This document shows, in pieces, positions 49,221 to 60,689 of a DNA stretch of 64,000 bases. Under the pieces are notes generated by a model. It did no database searches, was not told where the DNA came from, and saw only the letters and a list, made by a program, of their open reading frames with translations. The DNA comes from Gammaproteobacteria bacterium. GTDB lineage: Bacteria > Pseudomonadota > Gammaproteobacteria > QZLD01. The stretch lies in assembly GCA_033852075.1 (NCBI GenBank), contig JAWSVC010000006.1, forward strand, positions 28 through 64,027, written 5' to 3'. How positions within the stretch are numbered: position 1 is the first letter of the stretch; each line of letters opens with the position of its first letter. The position numbers and the translations under genes are program-made.

Positions 49221-50636
49221 GTGGTCAGAAAACCAAGAAAATCCAAAAGAAATGACCATGTCTTAACGGCTCCAATTAAGCCATTGCTTATTAAAATGAC
49301 CTTGCCGAGTATCTTTGGCTTACTGGGGATAATGTCATTTAATGTTGTTGATACCTATTTTGTTGCCAAGATCGGAACCGTCCAGCTTGCTGCTATCTCA
49401 TTTACCTTTCCAATAGTATTGATTGTTAATAGCCTTAGTCTGGGGATAGGTATTGGTGTTATGGCTCTATTCTCTAAGGCCTTTGGTAAAGGGGATAGAA
49501 ATCAGGAGTGCAAACTTGCAACGGCCAGTTTACTGCTTGGATTACTACTGACGGTCATCATCACTATCTTCGGTTTGCTTACGATAGAACCGGTTTTCAA
49601 ATTGCTGGGAGCAACCGATGAAGTGCTGCCATATATCAAAGAATATATGTTGATTTGGTATCTTGGCTCAGTATTTATGGTTGTACCAATGATAGGCGAC
49701 CATATTTTGCGGGGGCTGGGGGATATGAAGACCCCATCTTATGTGATGTTAACCAGCTCGATTACCAATATTATTCTGGACCCAATCTTGATATTTGGGA
49801 TTGGATTTATCCCTGCAATGGGGATAAAGGGTGCTGCAATAGCAACTGTTTTTTCTAGAATGATTACAACGGTAGTTTCTTTATACGTGCAGATCTGGCG
49901 TGAGGATCTGATTATGTTTCGCGGTACTAGTCTTAAAATATTGGTGGCTGAGTTTAAATCAATATTATTTATTGGAATGCCAAATGCTTTGATTCGCATG
50001 ATTCCTCCGGTAGCAACGGCATTTTTTACTGCGATATTGGCCAGATTTGGAATTGAAACGGTTGCCGGTTATGGTGTAGCTGCGCGTATTGAGATGTTCT
50101 TTTTGGTTATTATTATTGCCATGAGTGTTACCGCATCGGTGTTTATTGGTCAGAACCTTGGGGCTGGTAAGATAGAACGGGTTAATCAAGGTCTTTCTAT
50201 TATGCGCAAATTTTCTATCATTTATGGTGTAGTCGCCTTTTTGATTCTTGCTCCATTTGGTGGGTTTCTGGGAAGTCTATTTGATTCAAATCCTGAGGTA
50301 TTCAAGGTGGTTGCAGAATATATGCTTATTGTACCTCTGGGATTTGGAATGCTTTCATTTATTCAGATAGGGATCTCTGTATTGAATGTGGCGCATAAGC
50401 CATTGCATGCAGGGTTATTGTCATTGCTTCATTTGTTTGTTATTAACTTGCCATTGGCATTTTTATTATCTGGATACTTAGGTGCTAAAGGTGTGTTTAT
50501 CTCGATTTGTATATCTATATGTATCAGTGGAATAATTGCGTATTTCATTACCGATAAAACCATAAAAAAAGAGATTGTCGATATCGCAGAAAGGGATTTT
50601 TCGTCTATTACTTGCATTGAAGATTACGAAGGATAA
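49221..50636 (+). CDS. MATE family efflux transporter
   Basis: 12 TM helices. N-terminal LLIKMTLPSIFGLLGIMSFNVVDTYFVAKIGT MATE signature. GTG start after AGGTGGAG RBS. Confidence 0.85.
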   Translation: MVRKPRKSKRNDHVLTAPIKPLLIKMTLPSIFGLLGIMSFNVVDTYFVAKIGTVQLAAISFTFPIVLIVNSLSLGIGIGVMALFSKAFGKGDRNQECKLATASLLLGLLLTVIITIFGLLTIEPVFKLLGATDEVLPYIKEYMLIWYLGSVFMVVPMIGDHILRGLGDMKTPSYVMLTSSITNIILDPILIFGIGFIPAMGIKGAAIATVFSRMITTVVSLYVQIWREDLIMFRGTSLKILVAEFKSILFIGMPNALIRMIPPVATAFFTAILARFGIETVAGYGVAARIEMFFLVIIIAMSVTASVFIGQNLGAGKIERVNQGLSIMRKFSIIYGVVAFLILAPFGGFLGSLFDSNPEVFKVVAEYMLIVPLGFGMLSFIQIGISVLNVAHKPLHAGLLSLLHLFVINLPLAFLLSGYLGAKGVFISICISICISGIIAYFITDKTIKKEIVDIAERDFSSITCIEDYEG

Positions 50637-50710
50637 CTAGTAAATAGATTTGTATAAATTCATTTCTTATACTTTAAATATTATCGGACTCAAAAAATGG
50701 GAATCATGCT

Positions 50711-51157
50711 ATGCCTTTTGAAAATATCGATTTTTCAAAAAAATCTATTTTGATAGTAGATGATATGATTCCTACAAGGGAATTGCTGAGGTCGTTATTT
50801 CAAAGAGCCGGGTTTGGATATGTGTCTGCGGCTGGGGATGGGATCGAGGCTATGGATATTTTAAATACAATCTATTTTGATATTGTACTTTCTGATTGGA
50901 TTATGCCGAATATGGGTGGGCTACGATTATTAGAGCATTTAAGGGAAAGTGAAGATTTCAAAGATATTCTATTTTTGATGGTTACAAATAATTCAGATAA
51001 AGAGGACGTGATGCAGGCTGTAGAGCACCATGTCGATGGCTATGTTGTTAAGCCATTTTCACCCAGAATCCTATTGCATCAAGTGGCTGAAGCGCTGACA
51101 AAACAAACCCGTTTTAGAAATAATATAAAGCTAAATCAAACTAATCCGGTTGAATAA
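50711..51157 (+). CDS. stand-alone CheY-like response regulator receiver protein
   Basis: ILIVDDM, phospho-acceptor D in VLSDWIMP, conserved K in VVKP. Confidence 0.8.
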   Translation: MPFENIDFSKKSILIVDDMIPTRELLRSLFQRAGFGYVSAAGDGIEAMDILNTIYFDIVLSDWIMPNMGGLRLLEHLRESEDFKDILFLMVTNNSDKEDVMQAVEHHVDGYVVKPFSPRILLHQVAEALTKQTRFRNNIKLNQTNPVE

Positions 51158-51266
51158 TTTTTGTAAATAGATCCCAGTTTTCATGTATAATGCGCGTCTT
51201 GTTATTTTTTATTCTTTTTAGGGTATAAAAAATAAGCTACGAATTAACCAATGATAGGGAACTAAA

Positions 51267-52052
51267 ATGGGTATTTTATCAGGTAAAAAGATACTGATTA
51301 CTGGAGTTGCTAGTGATAGATCTATCGCAGCTGGAATTGCGGATTCAATGTATGAGCAAGGTGCAGAACTTGCTTTTACATATCATAACGACAAGTTAAA
51401 AAGCAGAGTTGAAAAGGTAGCCGCGCGTTGTGGCTCTGATATCGTACTGCCTTTGGACGTTGCCTCAGATGAGCAGATAAAAGACTGTTTTGCTGAGCTA
51501 AGCAAAAAGTGGGAAAAGTTTGACGGCTTTGTGCATGCAATTGCATTTGCTCCAGCAGGCCAGTTAGATGGTGATTATCTGGATGCAGTTACTCGTGAAG
51601 GATTCCAGGTTGCACATGATATAAGCTCATACACCTTTGCAGCAATGGCCAAAGAGGCTCGCCCATTTCTTAATCCAAAGTCTTCTTTGATAACCCTTAG
51701 TTATCTTGGTGCTGTACGTGCAATGCCTAACTATAATGTAATGGGACTGGCAAAGGCATCACTAGAAGCGAATGTAAGATTTATGGCAGCAAGTCTTGGT
51801 AAAGATGATGTACGTGTAAATGGTATCTCGGCAGGTCCTATTCGCACATTGGCAGCAGCAGGAATAGGTAACTTCAAGAAGCTATTGGCTGCTTTTGAAG
51901 CAACAGCACCGGTACATCGTTGTGTAACTATCAAAGAAGTTGGTGATATGGCTGCGTTCTTAGGTAGTGATATGTCAGCAAGTCTTACCGGGCAGATTTT
52001 GTATGCGGATAATGGGTTTAGTATAGCCACTATGCCTATTGAAGCAGAATAA
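51267..52052 (+). CDS. fabI: enoyl-[acyl-carrier-protein] reductase (NADH) FabI
   Basis: [25 protein letters not shown]. Catalytic Y and K in the YxxMGLAK-like region. Confidence 0.95.
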   Translation: MGILSGKKILITGVASDRSIAAGIADSMYEQGAELAFTYHNDKLKSRVEKVAARCGSDIVLPLDVASDEQIKDCFAELSKKWEKFDGFVHAIAFAPAGQLDGDYLDAVTREGFQVAHDISSYTFAAMAKEARPFLNPKSSLITLSYLGAVRAMPNYNVMGLAKASLEANVRFMAASLGKDDVRVNGISAGPIRTLAAAGIGNFKKLLAAFEATAPVHRCVTIKEVGDMAAFLGSDMSASLTGQILYADNGFSIATMPIEAE

Positions 52053-52059
52053 ATTTGGG

Positions 52060-52660
52060 TCTATTTCCCCAATATCTTTGTTGCAATCATAAACTTTTCG
52101 GTCACATATTTTGTATATGCTCCTTGGATAAAGTTTATGATTGCGCCTCGATCTTGGGAAAATATTCTCCAAATTAAAGTGAACTAAGGCGGCATTGTGA
52201 CCGCCTTTTTTAATATCTCGCGCCTTGATAAAGCTTCGCTCATTACGCTTTTAATTTGTTCGGATAAGGCATTTAAATTTTATGTGAACTTCCGCAATAA
52301 ACCTTTTGTTACGCCTTGTCTTTGAACAAATATTCTCCAAATTAAAGTGAATTAAGGCGGTATTGTGACCGCCTTTTTTAATGCTTAAAATTTTTCAAGC
52401 TCCCTGAGCCCTTCGGCTATGCTCAGGATAAACCAAGGTCGAAGGACTCAAGTTTAGTAGGATGGGGTTGTGAAAATTAATAGGCTTTTTCGAAGACCGT
52501 CTGCGGTATGGATAGCCGCAGCCGAGTTACATGGATGTATTTATGTGTGTCTGAGTGAATGGTTATTAATTTTAAACAGTTTTACAAAATCACTATATTT
52601 CGGTTTTTGTTAGTGCAAAAAATGAAGGCACCTATCGGTGCGTGAACCGATATCGTTTCA
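52060..52660. repeat. repeat-rich spacer: two copies of a 56-bp terminator-hairpin element plus MITE fragments
   Basis: aaatattctccaaattaaagtgaactaaggcggcattgtgaccgccttttttaata at 52160-52215, repeated with 3 mismatches at 52328-52383. ctatttccccaatatctttgttgcaa and aagcttcgctcattacgctttt shared with 15540-15615. cccttcggctatgctcagg element at ~52390-52450. Confidence 0.8.
52187..52212 (+). terminator. Rho-independent terminator (fabI), copy 1 of duplicated hairpin
   Basis: aaggcggcattgtgaccgcctt followed by tttttt. Identical hairpin again at 52354-52379. Confidence 0.7.
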
Positions 52661-55285
52661 TTAAGTAAGAATCGTATCTTCCTTATCCATAATATCCTTC
52701 GCCCATTTGGTAATGGTATTTCCAAGGATGTTACGGTTAACCGGTTTGGTTAGATAGTCATTCATGCCAGCAGCAAGACACTTTTCCTCGTCCTCTTTCA
52801 TGGCATTAGCAGTTAAAGCAATTATGGGGATGTCTTTGATTTTTGGATTTTCTCTGATTTTTTTAGTGGCGGTATAACCATCCATTATTGGCATATTGCA
52901 ATCCATTAAGACTAAATCATATGGGATAGTGCTTACTGCATCATAGGCCTCTTGCCCGTTACCTGCAATGTCGGCTCTATAGCCAAGTTTTTCCAGTTGG
53001 CGAATGGTTACTTTTTGGTTTACAAAGTTGTCTTCAACCAAAAGGATTCTGATTTTAAGCCAATGTTGTTTTTCCTGAACCGTATGTCTGGTTACAAATT
53101 CGCGTTCATCTTCCGGAATGGCATCTACTTCTGAAAGGACGGTAGTTATAGTTTCACGCAGAATTGAAGGATTTATCGGTTTGCTTAGATAACCTGCAAA
53201 ACCTATGTCTTTCATCGTAGCGGCTTCGCCTTTTTGCCCTCCGGATGTAAGCATAACCAATGTTGTATCTTTAAGGTTAGGGTCGCGTTTTATTGCTTGA
53301 CCAAGTTGAGCTCCATCCATATCTGGCATCTGATAGTCTAAAAGAGCAATCGGGAATGGCTTGCTATCTTCTGCTGCCATTCTTAACTGAATCAAGGCTG
53401 ATTCAGCATCCGGTACTTCAATTGGAACACATCCCCAGTTTGAAAGTTGATTGTGAAGGATGTCGCGATTGGTTTCGTTGTCATCTACAACAAGAATTTT
53501 TTTGCCGCGGATATCAGCAGGAGCGAGTTCATTATTATTGTGTTTGATTTCTTGTTTTTTGAATGTGGCGGTAAACCAGAAATTAGATCCGACACCTGGC
53601 TGACTCTCAACCCCAATTTCCCCATTCATTAGATTTACTAGCTTTTGACAGATTGCCAGCCCAAGCCCTGTACCTCCATATTTTCTGGTGATTGAAGCGT
53701 CTGCCTGAGTGAATGATTCAAATAGTTCTGAAATTTGTTCTTTAGGAATGCCTATTCCTGTATCGGATACAGTAAAACGCAGTACAGCTTCTTCTGCTCT
53801 TTCGGTTTCAAGTGTAACCCGAAGTACTACTTCTCCGGCCTCAGTAAACTTGATGGCGTTATTGCAAAGATTGGTGATGATTTGTCTAAGACGTCCCGGG
53901 TCTCCTAATAGCTGAGTAGGTACATCATCATTAACGTGCCAGATTAGTTCAAGCTGCTTTGTTTCTGCTTTAATTGATAATAGGTCGATTACATCACTGA
54001 TAGTGGTCAAAAGCTGGAAGTTTATGATTTCCATATCCAGCTTGCCGGCTTCAATCTTAGAAAAATCCAGTATGTCGTTTATTACACTTAAAAGTGCGTC
54101 AGAGCTGCTGCGAATGGTCTTGGTAAATTCTTTTTGTTCTTTGCTAAGTTCGGTGTCAAGTAAAAGCCCTGTCATGCCAATAATAGCATTCATCGGTGTG
54201 CGAACCTCATGGCTCATATTGGCTACAAAAGCACTTTTGGCCTTTGATGCATGGGTTGCTTTTTTTACCGCAAGTTCAAGTTCCTGTTCGCGTTGCTTTT
54301 CTTCTAAGGTGTCTTGTATAAGGAATATATAGCCTTCAATGTCATTATCATCGTTATAGAAGGCGGATGATGTAATTAAAACCGGGCGTTTTTTGCTGTT
54401 TTTTGTTATTAGCTCGGTCCTTAGTTTTATATTCTGTTCATGATTTATTTTAAATTGAATTTCATTTAGTAGATCTTCGGGGAAAATCAGTTGTATGTAG
54501 CTGTTTTGTAGCTCATCGGTTGAGTATTCCAAAAGTTTGGTTATGGTCGGATTAGCTATGGAAATACGAAGATCTTTATCGGTTACAATTATTGTTTCTG
54601 CGGCAGAATTAATTATCGAATTTAAATGACTAAGTTTATCGGAACTATAATTATTTTGTTTTATAAGAGTGTTTGCTGATTCAGCTATTGGCGCTAAAAA
54701 ACCGGTTATGGTTGGAAGGGCAGAACTGCTACCAGCTTTATTTATATTATTTGAGATAAAGTTGTTAATTATAGATATTGGTTTGGTAATTTCGCAAAAG
54801 GTAATTCCAATCACTATGATTGGTAAAAGAATAATAATGCAGGCTAAGGCGATTAATATTTCATAAATCAATGTAAATGGTGATGTAACTTTAGTAACAA
54901 CAATAATACTGGGGTTGCTACTTAACGCATCTATCCAATATGTATTTTTTCCAACTTTTAAATGAGTTTTTTCTATAAGAGCTTGATTTATTTCGCTGTG
55001 ATTAAGTTCGAAGCTCTCTCCCGTTGTTGCAATAACAAAAAAAATATCTTGGTTTATGGCCCATATGTTTTCTATGAAAGGGTCATTGGTTAATTCAATA
55101 ATAGCTTCGGTAATTTCTTTTTCAGATATTTTTGTTAATACGGAAGAATAATATGATTTTGTTTTATCAAAGGCTTTTGTTTCATATGCTGAAATAGATG
55201 CAAAAAGGAGCGCTAAAAGCACTCCTGTAAAAATTGATATGCTAATAATTGTTATGGTAATTCGCTTGGGAATTCTATATTTCAT
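52661..55285 (-). CDS. hybrid sensor histidine kinase/response regulator (PAS, HisKA, HATPase_c, two receiver domains)
   Basis: N-terminal TM and sensor region. H-box [14 protein letters not shown]. HATPase (DTGIGI, GGTGLGL). Two receivers ([11 protein letters not shown]...[12 protein letters not shown]...LMDCNMP). Confidence 0.9.
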   Translation of the reverse strand: MKYRIPKRITITIISISIFTGVLLALLFASISAYETKAFDKTKSYYSSVLTKISEKEITEAIIELTNDPFIENIWAINQDIFFVIATTGESFELNHSEINQALIEKTHLKVGKNTYWIDALSSNPSIIVVTKVTSPFTLIYEILIALACIIILLPIIVIGITFCEITKPISIINNFISNNINKAGSSSALPTITGFLAPIAESANTLIKQNNYSSDKLSHLNSIINSAAETIIVTDKDLRISIANPTITKLLEYSTDELQNSYIQLIFPEDLLNEIQFKINHEQNIKLRTELITKNSKKRPVLITSSAFYNDDNDIEGYIFLIQDTLEEKQREQELELAVKKATHASKAKSAFVANMSHEVRTPMNAIIGMTGLLLDTELSKEQKEFTKTIRSSSDALLSVINDILDFSKIEAGKLDMEIINFQLLTTISDVIDLLSIKAETKQLELIWHVNDDVPTQLLGDPGRLRQIITNLCNNAIKFTEAGEVVLRVTLETERAEEAVLRFTVSDTGIGIPKEQISELFESFTQADASITRKYGGTGLGLAICQKLVNLMNGEIGVESQPGVGSNFWFTATFKKQEIKHNNNELAPADIRGKKILVVDDNETNRDILHNQLSNWGCVPIEVPDAESALIQLRMAAEDSKPFPIALLDYQMPDMDGAQLGQAIKRDPNLKDTTLVMLTSGGQKGEAATMKDIGFAGYLSKPINPSILRETITTVLSEVDAIPEDEREFVTRHTVQEKQHWLKIRILLVEDNFVNQKVTIRQLEKLGYRADIAGNGQEAYDAVSTIPYDLVLMDCNMPIMDGYTATKKIRENPKIKDIPIIALTANAMKEDEEKCLAAGMNDYLTKPVNRNILGNTITKWAKDIMDKEDTILT

Positions 55286-55303
55286 AGTACCGCTATTTAC
55301 TGA

Positions 55304-56299
55304 TTATTTTTTGCTAAATATATCTTCCAGAAGCCAGTCTATCATTCTTCTGATAATGCCTTTACGAACAGGGGCCACTTGATATGTGAATTCTGGTTGT
55401 TTAGGCTGTTTTGGAGGCTCAACTTTTGTTGGTTCCTTTTTGGGTTGTGGAGCAGGTTGCTCTTCCGGTTTTTGCTCAACTACCTCTTCCTCAGGTTCTT
55501 CTGGTGGTGGTGGAGGGGCGATTATTTCTTCAATCTCTTCAACTTCCGGTTGAGCTATCTCTTGTTCTATGGAGTCTTCAGATAAAGTTATCTCTTCAAC
55601 ACGGATAGGCTCAATATCAGATGTTTTTTTCTCTTTTAATTGTTGTTCTACAAGCGCTACCTGTTCGCTCATTTGTTTGGCTGCTTCGCGAACCTTGTCG
55701 GAAACAGTCGGGTCATTCATGATTTTTTTAAGATCATCCTGGATGGTAGAAGCTTTACCTGTAGCTTCTTTTTTTAATGAGAATTCCTCTTTTTTTAGTT
55801 CTTTTAATTTAGTTCTGATTTTTTCAATTGGAACTTTAAGTTCATCGGATTTCTTAAGTTTCGCTAATGGATTCCGTTTGCTTATTAAAGATTCAATGGC
55901 TTGAGTACTAGCTGCGCCTTTACGAAAAGCTTGAGTTACTTTTAAAAGTGAAACATTTTCAGCCAGGTCTACAACTGGGCCTTGAATCTCATCTTCGTTT
56001 AAGATTTCTGTACGTAGGCAAATTATCTTTAGGCATTTAGCGCTTTTCTTTTCCATTCCTTTGAAATAGCGCGCCATATCTTCAATTGAAAGTCCCTTGG
56101 TCTTTTCCTGGGCTACAATGAATGCTTGTTGGGTTATAGGTAGTTTTTTACCTGACGCAACACAATCTACAATTGCAAGAGCGCCGGATTCATTCTCTAA
56201 TTCTTTACCAATAGCGATAAGAGCGGTTAAGGCTTTTTCTTTTTCTTGTACTGCTGCGAGAGCCTTCTCTCCATCTGAAATTTTGTTTTCTTCTTCCAT
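55304..56299 (-). CDS. hypothetical coiled-coil protein with acidic proline-rich C-terminal tail
   Basis: 331 aa. C-terminus EEIEEIIAPPPPPEEPEEEVVEQKPEEQPAPQPKKEPTKVEPPKQPKQPE. No catalytic motif. Confidence 0.5.
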   Translation of the reverse strand: MEEENKISDGEKALAAVQEKEKALTALIAIGKELENESGALAIVDCVASGKKLPITQQAFIVAQEKTKGLSIEDMARYFKGMEKKSAKCLKIICLRTEILNEDEIQGPVVDLAENVSLLKVTQAFRKGAASTQAIESLISKRNPLAKLKKSDELKVPIEKIRTKLKELKKEEFSLKKEATGKASTIQDDLKKIMNDPTVSDKVREAAKQMSEQVALVEQQLKEKKTSDIEPIRVEEITLSEDSIEQEIAQPEVEEIEEIIAPPPPPEEPEEEVVEQKPEEQPAPQPKKEPTKVEPPKQPKQPEFTYQVAPVRKGIIRRMIDWLLEDIFSKK

Positions 56300-56514
56300 G
56301 TTTGAAAAGTCACTTGTTTAATTAAGAGGGCATATAAAAATGCTATTAATCTGATTACTTTAAAGATAGGTTATTAATTACAAGATTGCCTCATAATATT
56401 TTCTAAAATGTTAAAAATATCAAAAAAATATGAAAAATATTTTAATAGTTATTGTTATAGAATTATGGATAATTTTGATATTATCAAGCTAAGTTATTGG
56501 AAAATGGAATTGAA

Positions 56515-57132
56515 ATGAAGTCATTACTGCTGAAAATTATTGCCTTTTCTTTGTTTGTTGGACTAGCTGGATGCTCTTCATCCCCTCCTTCTAATGTTGA
56601 TAATATCTGCTCTATTTTTCGGGAAAATGATGATTGGTACGAAGAAGCAGTTGATACCTTTGAAAAATGGGGGATGCCGGTACATGTTCAAATGGCAATT
56701 ATTCATCAGGAATCAAAATTTCGTTCCGAAGCCAAACCAGAAAGAACAAAGCTTCTATGGGTGATTCCATGGACAAGACCTAGTAGTGCGTATGGTTATG
56801 CTCAGGTTCTAGATGAAACCTGGGATTGGTACAAAGAAAAGACCGGCAACAGTTGGGCCGATAGAAATGATTTTGATGACGCCGTAGATTTTATTGGCTG
56901 GTATGGAGATATGTCGTATAAAAAACTTGGCATATCCAAGTGGGATGCAGAAAAACAGTATTTGGCCTATCATGAAGGGCATGGCGGTTATAAGCGTAAA
57001 AGCTATAGAAAGAAGCCGTGGCTGGTAAAAGTGGCTGCCAAGGTTGGGCGTAGAGCAGCAAAATACCGAGAGCAATATGGCAAGTGTAAACACAATCTTG
57101 ATTCCGGCTGGAGTTTTTGGCCGTTTGGATAG
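56515..57132 (+). CDS. lytic transglycosylase (SLT-domain-like) lipoprotein
   Basis: Lipobox LAGCSS. IIHQESKFRSEAKP (ES catalytic motif of GH23 SLT domains) and AYGYAQVLDETW resembling the SLT GLMQ(I/L)MP motif. Confidence 0.5.
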   Translation: MKSLLLKIIAFSLFVGLAGCSSSPPSNVDNICSIFRENDDWYEEAVDTFEKWGMPVHVQMAIIHQESKFRSEAKPERTKLLWVIPWTRPSSAYGYAQVLDETWDWYKEKTGNSWADRNDFDDAVDFIGWYGDMSYKKLGISKWDAEKQYLAYHEGHGGYKRKSYRKKPWLVKVAAKVGRRAAKYREQYGKCKHNLDSGWSFWPFG

Positions 57133-57155
57133 TATTTGATTAAAAGAGAGAAAAG

Positions 57156-58568
57156 ATGGGGATAAAATTTTTTGTAATTCCTTTGTTATCGTTGTTTTTG
57201 TTTTTTTCTGGTGCCGCGTTAGCAGATTCAGCAGATGTTAAGCAACTACCCAAACATTGGAAAACCAGAACTCTAATTGAACCGATATTTAATTCTGGTG
57301 TATTTGTTATTGAGACAGGTAGACAACATCGTAATACCGTTGTTCTTGTGCATGGTCTTGGATCTGCCGGGCTAAGAGACTGGATTGATGTTATTCCGGT
57401 TTTAGAGAAAAACTTTCATATTATAGCAATGGATTTACCGGGTTTTGGTGAATCTGGAAGACCGAAGGGAAGGTATTCTCCAACAAATTATTCAAAGGTA
57501 TTACGCTGGGTTATTGAAAGATATGCTCATGAAAAAGTTTACATGATTGGGCACTCTATGGGGGGAGCAGTATCTTTGCGATATGCTTCTATATATCCGG
57601 GAACGCTAAAAAAAGTAATCCTGGTTGACGCAGCAGGAATATTGGAAAGGACATCCTTTATTAAACATATGTCTACTATTCCGGTAGATCTTAGTAAAGT
57701 TCCTAATCGGTTTAAAAAGATGGTCGCATACGCCGTTGATTTTTCTCAGTCATTTGTGGAGATGACAGCACTTAATCATGATATCTCTTGTGGGGTACAA
57801 AATGACCAGGAGGCATGGGATAAGACATTTGCAGGTAGGACGAACGCTAATGCGGGGTTGGCTTTGGTATCGGAAAACTTTTCCGATGTAATAGAAAATC
57901 TAAATGTTCCATTATTTATGATATGGGGGAGTAAGGATAAAGTGGCTCCTCTAAGAACTGGGCAAATGCTTGAAGGATTAATTCAAGATTCTCGTCTTTC
58001 AGTAATAGAAGGTGCAGGGCATGTACCGATGAAATCACATACAAAGCAATTTATTGGTTTGCTGGGGCAGGCAATCATGCATAAACCGACGGCCAAGAAG
58101 AATATCCAATATGTTGAAACCGATTTAGATATTTCATGCAAAGAAGATATTGAAAAAGAGTACACGGGTAACTATAGAAATATCAATATTGACCATTGTA
58201 CAGCGGTTAAATTGAATAATCTTACCGCTAAAAATATAAAAATTAATGAATCAACGGTTGATATGAATAATGTTTATGTAAATTCTGAAGACGTAGCTGT
58301 CGAGGCTACAGAGTCAGTAGTTTCCATAACTACATCAAAAATAAATGGCCGAATTCCGATGATTTCTTCAGGTAGCCGTTTGGATCTTGCTGGTGTATCG
58401 TTTTCAGGAGATGATTCAATAATAGATGTTAAGATTAGTTCGCGTATTATTCTTTCTATAAGCAAATATAAGACTAATTCCAATTCTGGCACTTTACATG
58501 GGTTTTATAACTTTGCCCAAAGTAAGCTGCTAGATAACTTAAATGAAAATCACAGTATATGTAAATAA
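57156..58568 (+). CDS. secreted alpha/beta hydrolase with C-terminal repeat (beta-helix-like) extension
   Basis: Signal peptide. VHGLGSAG. Nucleophile elbow GHSMGG. GAGHVP His. ~170-aa C-terminal N/S/I-rich region. Confidence 0.75.
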   Translation: MGIKFFVIPLLSLFLFFSGAALADSADVKQLPKHWKTRTLIEPIFNSGVFVIETGRQHRNTVVLVHGLGSAGLRDWIDVIPVLEKNFHIIAMDLPGFGESGRPKGRYSPTNYSKVLRWVIERYAHEKVYMIGHSMGGAVSLRYASIYPGTLKKVILVDAAGILERTSFIKHMSTIPVDLSKVPNRFKKMVAYAVDFSQSFVEMTALNHDISCGVQNDQEAWDKTFAGRTNANAGLALVSENFSDVIENLNVPLFMIWGSKDKVAPLRTGQMLEGLIQDSRLSVIEGAGHVPMKSHTKQFIGLLGQAIMHKPTAKKNIQYVETDLDISCKEDIEKEYTGNYRNINIDHCTAVKLNNLTAKNIKINESTVDMNNVYVNSEDVAVEATESVVSITTSKINGRIPMISSGSRLDLAGVSFSGDDSIIDVKISSRIILSISKYKTNSNSGTLHGFYNFAQSKLLDNLNENHSICK

Positions 58569-58659
58569 CAGTACTTTTATTAACAGCATTAATTATGGGA
58601 ACAAGATTGTTTTTTTGTTACTCTAAGCGCCTTTAAGAATTTAACAATGAGGAAATAGC

Positions 58660-60510
58660 ATGCCTGATTATCGTTCAAAAACCACAACTCAAGGAAGGAA
58701 TATGGCTGGTGCGCGTTCACTATGGCGTGCTACAGGGATGAAGGATGGTGATTTTCACAAACCAATAATTGCCGTTTGTAATTCTTTTACCCAGTTCGTG
58801 CCAGGACATGTTCATCTAAAAGATTTAGGGCAATTGGTATGTCGTGAGATCGAAAAGGCTGGTGGCATTGCTAAAGAGATGGATACAATCGCTATTTGTG
58901 ACGGTATTGCTATGGGGCATGATGGCATGCTTTATAGTTTGCCTTCGCGTGACTTAATTGCTGATTCTGTTGAATATATGGCGAATGCACATAGCGTTGA
59001 TGCCTTAGTATGTATTTCAAACTGCGACAAGATTACCCCGGGGATGTTAATGGCGGCAATGCGTCTAAATATTCCTGCTATCTTTGTTTCCGGTGGGCCA
59101 ATGGAAGCCGGTAAGGCGGTCATAAAAGGTAATACAGTATACCTGGATTTGGTCGATGCCATGGTTTCAGCAGCAGATTCAAATGTAAGTGATGAAGACG
59201 TAGATACGTATGAACGTTCGGCATGCCCAACATGCGGTTCGTGTTCCGGAATGTTTACTGCAAACTCTATGAACTGCCTGACTGAAGCTCTTGGTCTTTC
59301 TTTCCCAGGTACGGCTTCAGTTGTTGCAACTCATGAAGATAGAAAAGAGCTGTTTGTTAAAGCAGGGCAACGCATCGTTGAGCTTGCGAAAAAATATTAC
59401 GAAGAAGGTGATGATTCAATTCTTCCAAGATCGATTGCTAACTTTGAAACCTTCGAAAACGCAATGTCTTTAGATATTGCAATGGGTGGCTCAACCAATA
59501 CCGTATTGCACCTGCTCGCCGTTGCCAATGAAGCAAAGGTTCCGTTTACCATGAATGATATGGACCGCTTATCTAAAAAGGTTCCTTGTCTTTCAAAGGT
59601 GGCGCCTTCATCTTCTTACCATATGGAGGATGTGCATAGAGCTGGTGGTGTTATCGGTATTCTTGGCGAATTGGACCGTGCCGGACTTATTCATCGAGAC
59701 CAAGCAACAATTCATGCAGCAACAGTTGGTGAAGCGCTGGACGAATGGGATATCAAACGCGAAACCTGTTCTGAAAAAGCTAAAGAATATTATCGTGCAG
59801 GTCCTGGTGGCGTTATTTGTAATGAAGCATTTAGCCAAAATGCGCGTTACGCTGACTTAGATGATGACAGAGAAGGCGGCTGTATTCGCAGCTTAGAACA
59901 TGCATATAGTAAAGATGGTGGTCTTGCAGTGTTAAGCGGAAACATGGCTGAAGATGGTTGTATTGTTAAAACTGCCGGGGTTGATGAGAGCATTCTGACC
60001 TTTACCGGAACAGCTGTAGTTTTTGAAAGTCAGGATGATGCTGTAGATGGTATTCTAAATGGCAAAGTAAAGGCTGGAGATGTGGTTATTATTCGTTACG
60101 AAGGCCCTCGCGGTGGCCCTGGTATGCAAGAAATGCTGTATCCAACTTCGTACCTAAAATCGATTGGTCTTGGCAAGGAATGTGCGCTAATAACCGATGG
60201 CAGATTCTCTGGTGGAACGTCAGGATTGTCAATTGGGCACGTATCTCCAGAGGCTGCCAGCGGTGGAAATATTGCTCTGGTTAAAGATGGAGATACGATT
60301 AAAATCGACATTCCAAACCGCACTATAAACATCGATATTTCTTTTGATGAACTTCAAGATCGTCAGAAAGAGATGGAGGCTCGTGGAGAGAAAGCGTGGA
60401 AGCCGATTAGCAGAGATAGAAAAGTTTCCGTTGCATTACAGGCATATGCAGCAATGGCGACTAGTGCTGATAAAGGCGCTGTGCGCGATTTGGATATTAT
60501 AAAAAAATAA
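58660..60510 (+). CDS. ilvD: dihydroxy-acid dehydratase
   Basis: [27 protein letters not shown]-terminus. [26 protein letters not shown]e-S ligands. Confidence 0.97.
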   Translation: MPDYRSKTTTQGRNMAGARSLWRATGMKDGDFHKPIIAVCNSFTQFVPGHVHLKDLGQLVCREIEKAGGIAKEMDTIAICDGIAMGHDGMLYSLPSRDLIADSVEYMANAHSVDALVCISNCDKITPGMLMAAMRLNIPAIFVSGGPMEAGKAVIKGNTVYLDLVDAMVSAADSNVSDEDVDTYERSACPTCGSCSGMFTANSMNCLTEALGLSFPGTASVVATHEDRKELFVKAGQRIVELAKKYYEEGDDSILPRSIANFETFENAMSLDIAMGGSTNTVLHLLAVANEAKVPFTMNDMDRLSKKVPCLSKVAPSSSYHMEDVHRAGGVIGILGELDRAGLIHRDQATIHAATVGEALDEWDIKRETCSEKAKEYYRAGPGGVICNEAFSQNARYADLDDDREGGCIRSLEHAYSKDGGLAVLSGNMAEDGCIVKTAGVDESILTFTGTAVVFESQDDAVDGILNGKVKAGDVVIIRYEGPRGGPGMQEMLYPTSYLKSIGLGKECALITDGRFSGGTSGLSIGHVSPEAASGGNIALVKDGDTIKIDIPNRTINIDISFDELQDRQKEMEARGEKAWKPISRDRKVSVALQAYAAMATSADKGAVRDLDIIKK

Positions 60511-60577
60511 AACAGTGAAGGCGGCCTGATTTAAATGAATCTTGGTCAGGTTGGTTGCAAGCTAACACATCGTTAAA

Positions 60578-60620
60578 GCAAGGGTTGTGTTGTGCGCCGC
60601 ACAATATAACCCTTTGTTTT
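60578..60620. terminator. bidirectional terminator between convergent ilvD and the 60690..62393 gene
   Basis: aagggtt-gtgttgtgcgccgcacaatat-aaccctt hairpin followed by tgtttta. Confidence 0.5.
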
Positions 60621-60689
60621 ATATGGAAATATTGACATATATGGGGAATTTTGTTAGTCTATAATTTCTCGTTGTTCCCAAGCTGCCTG

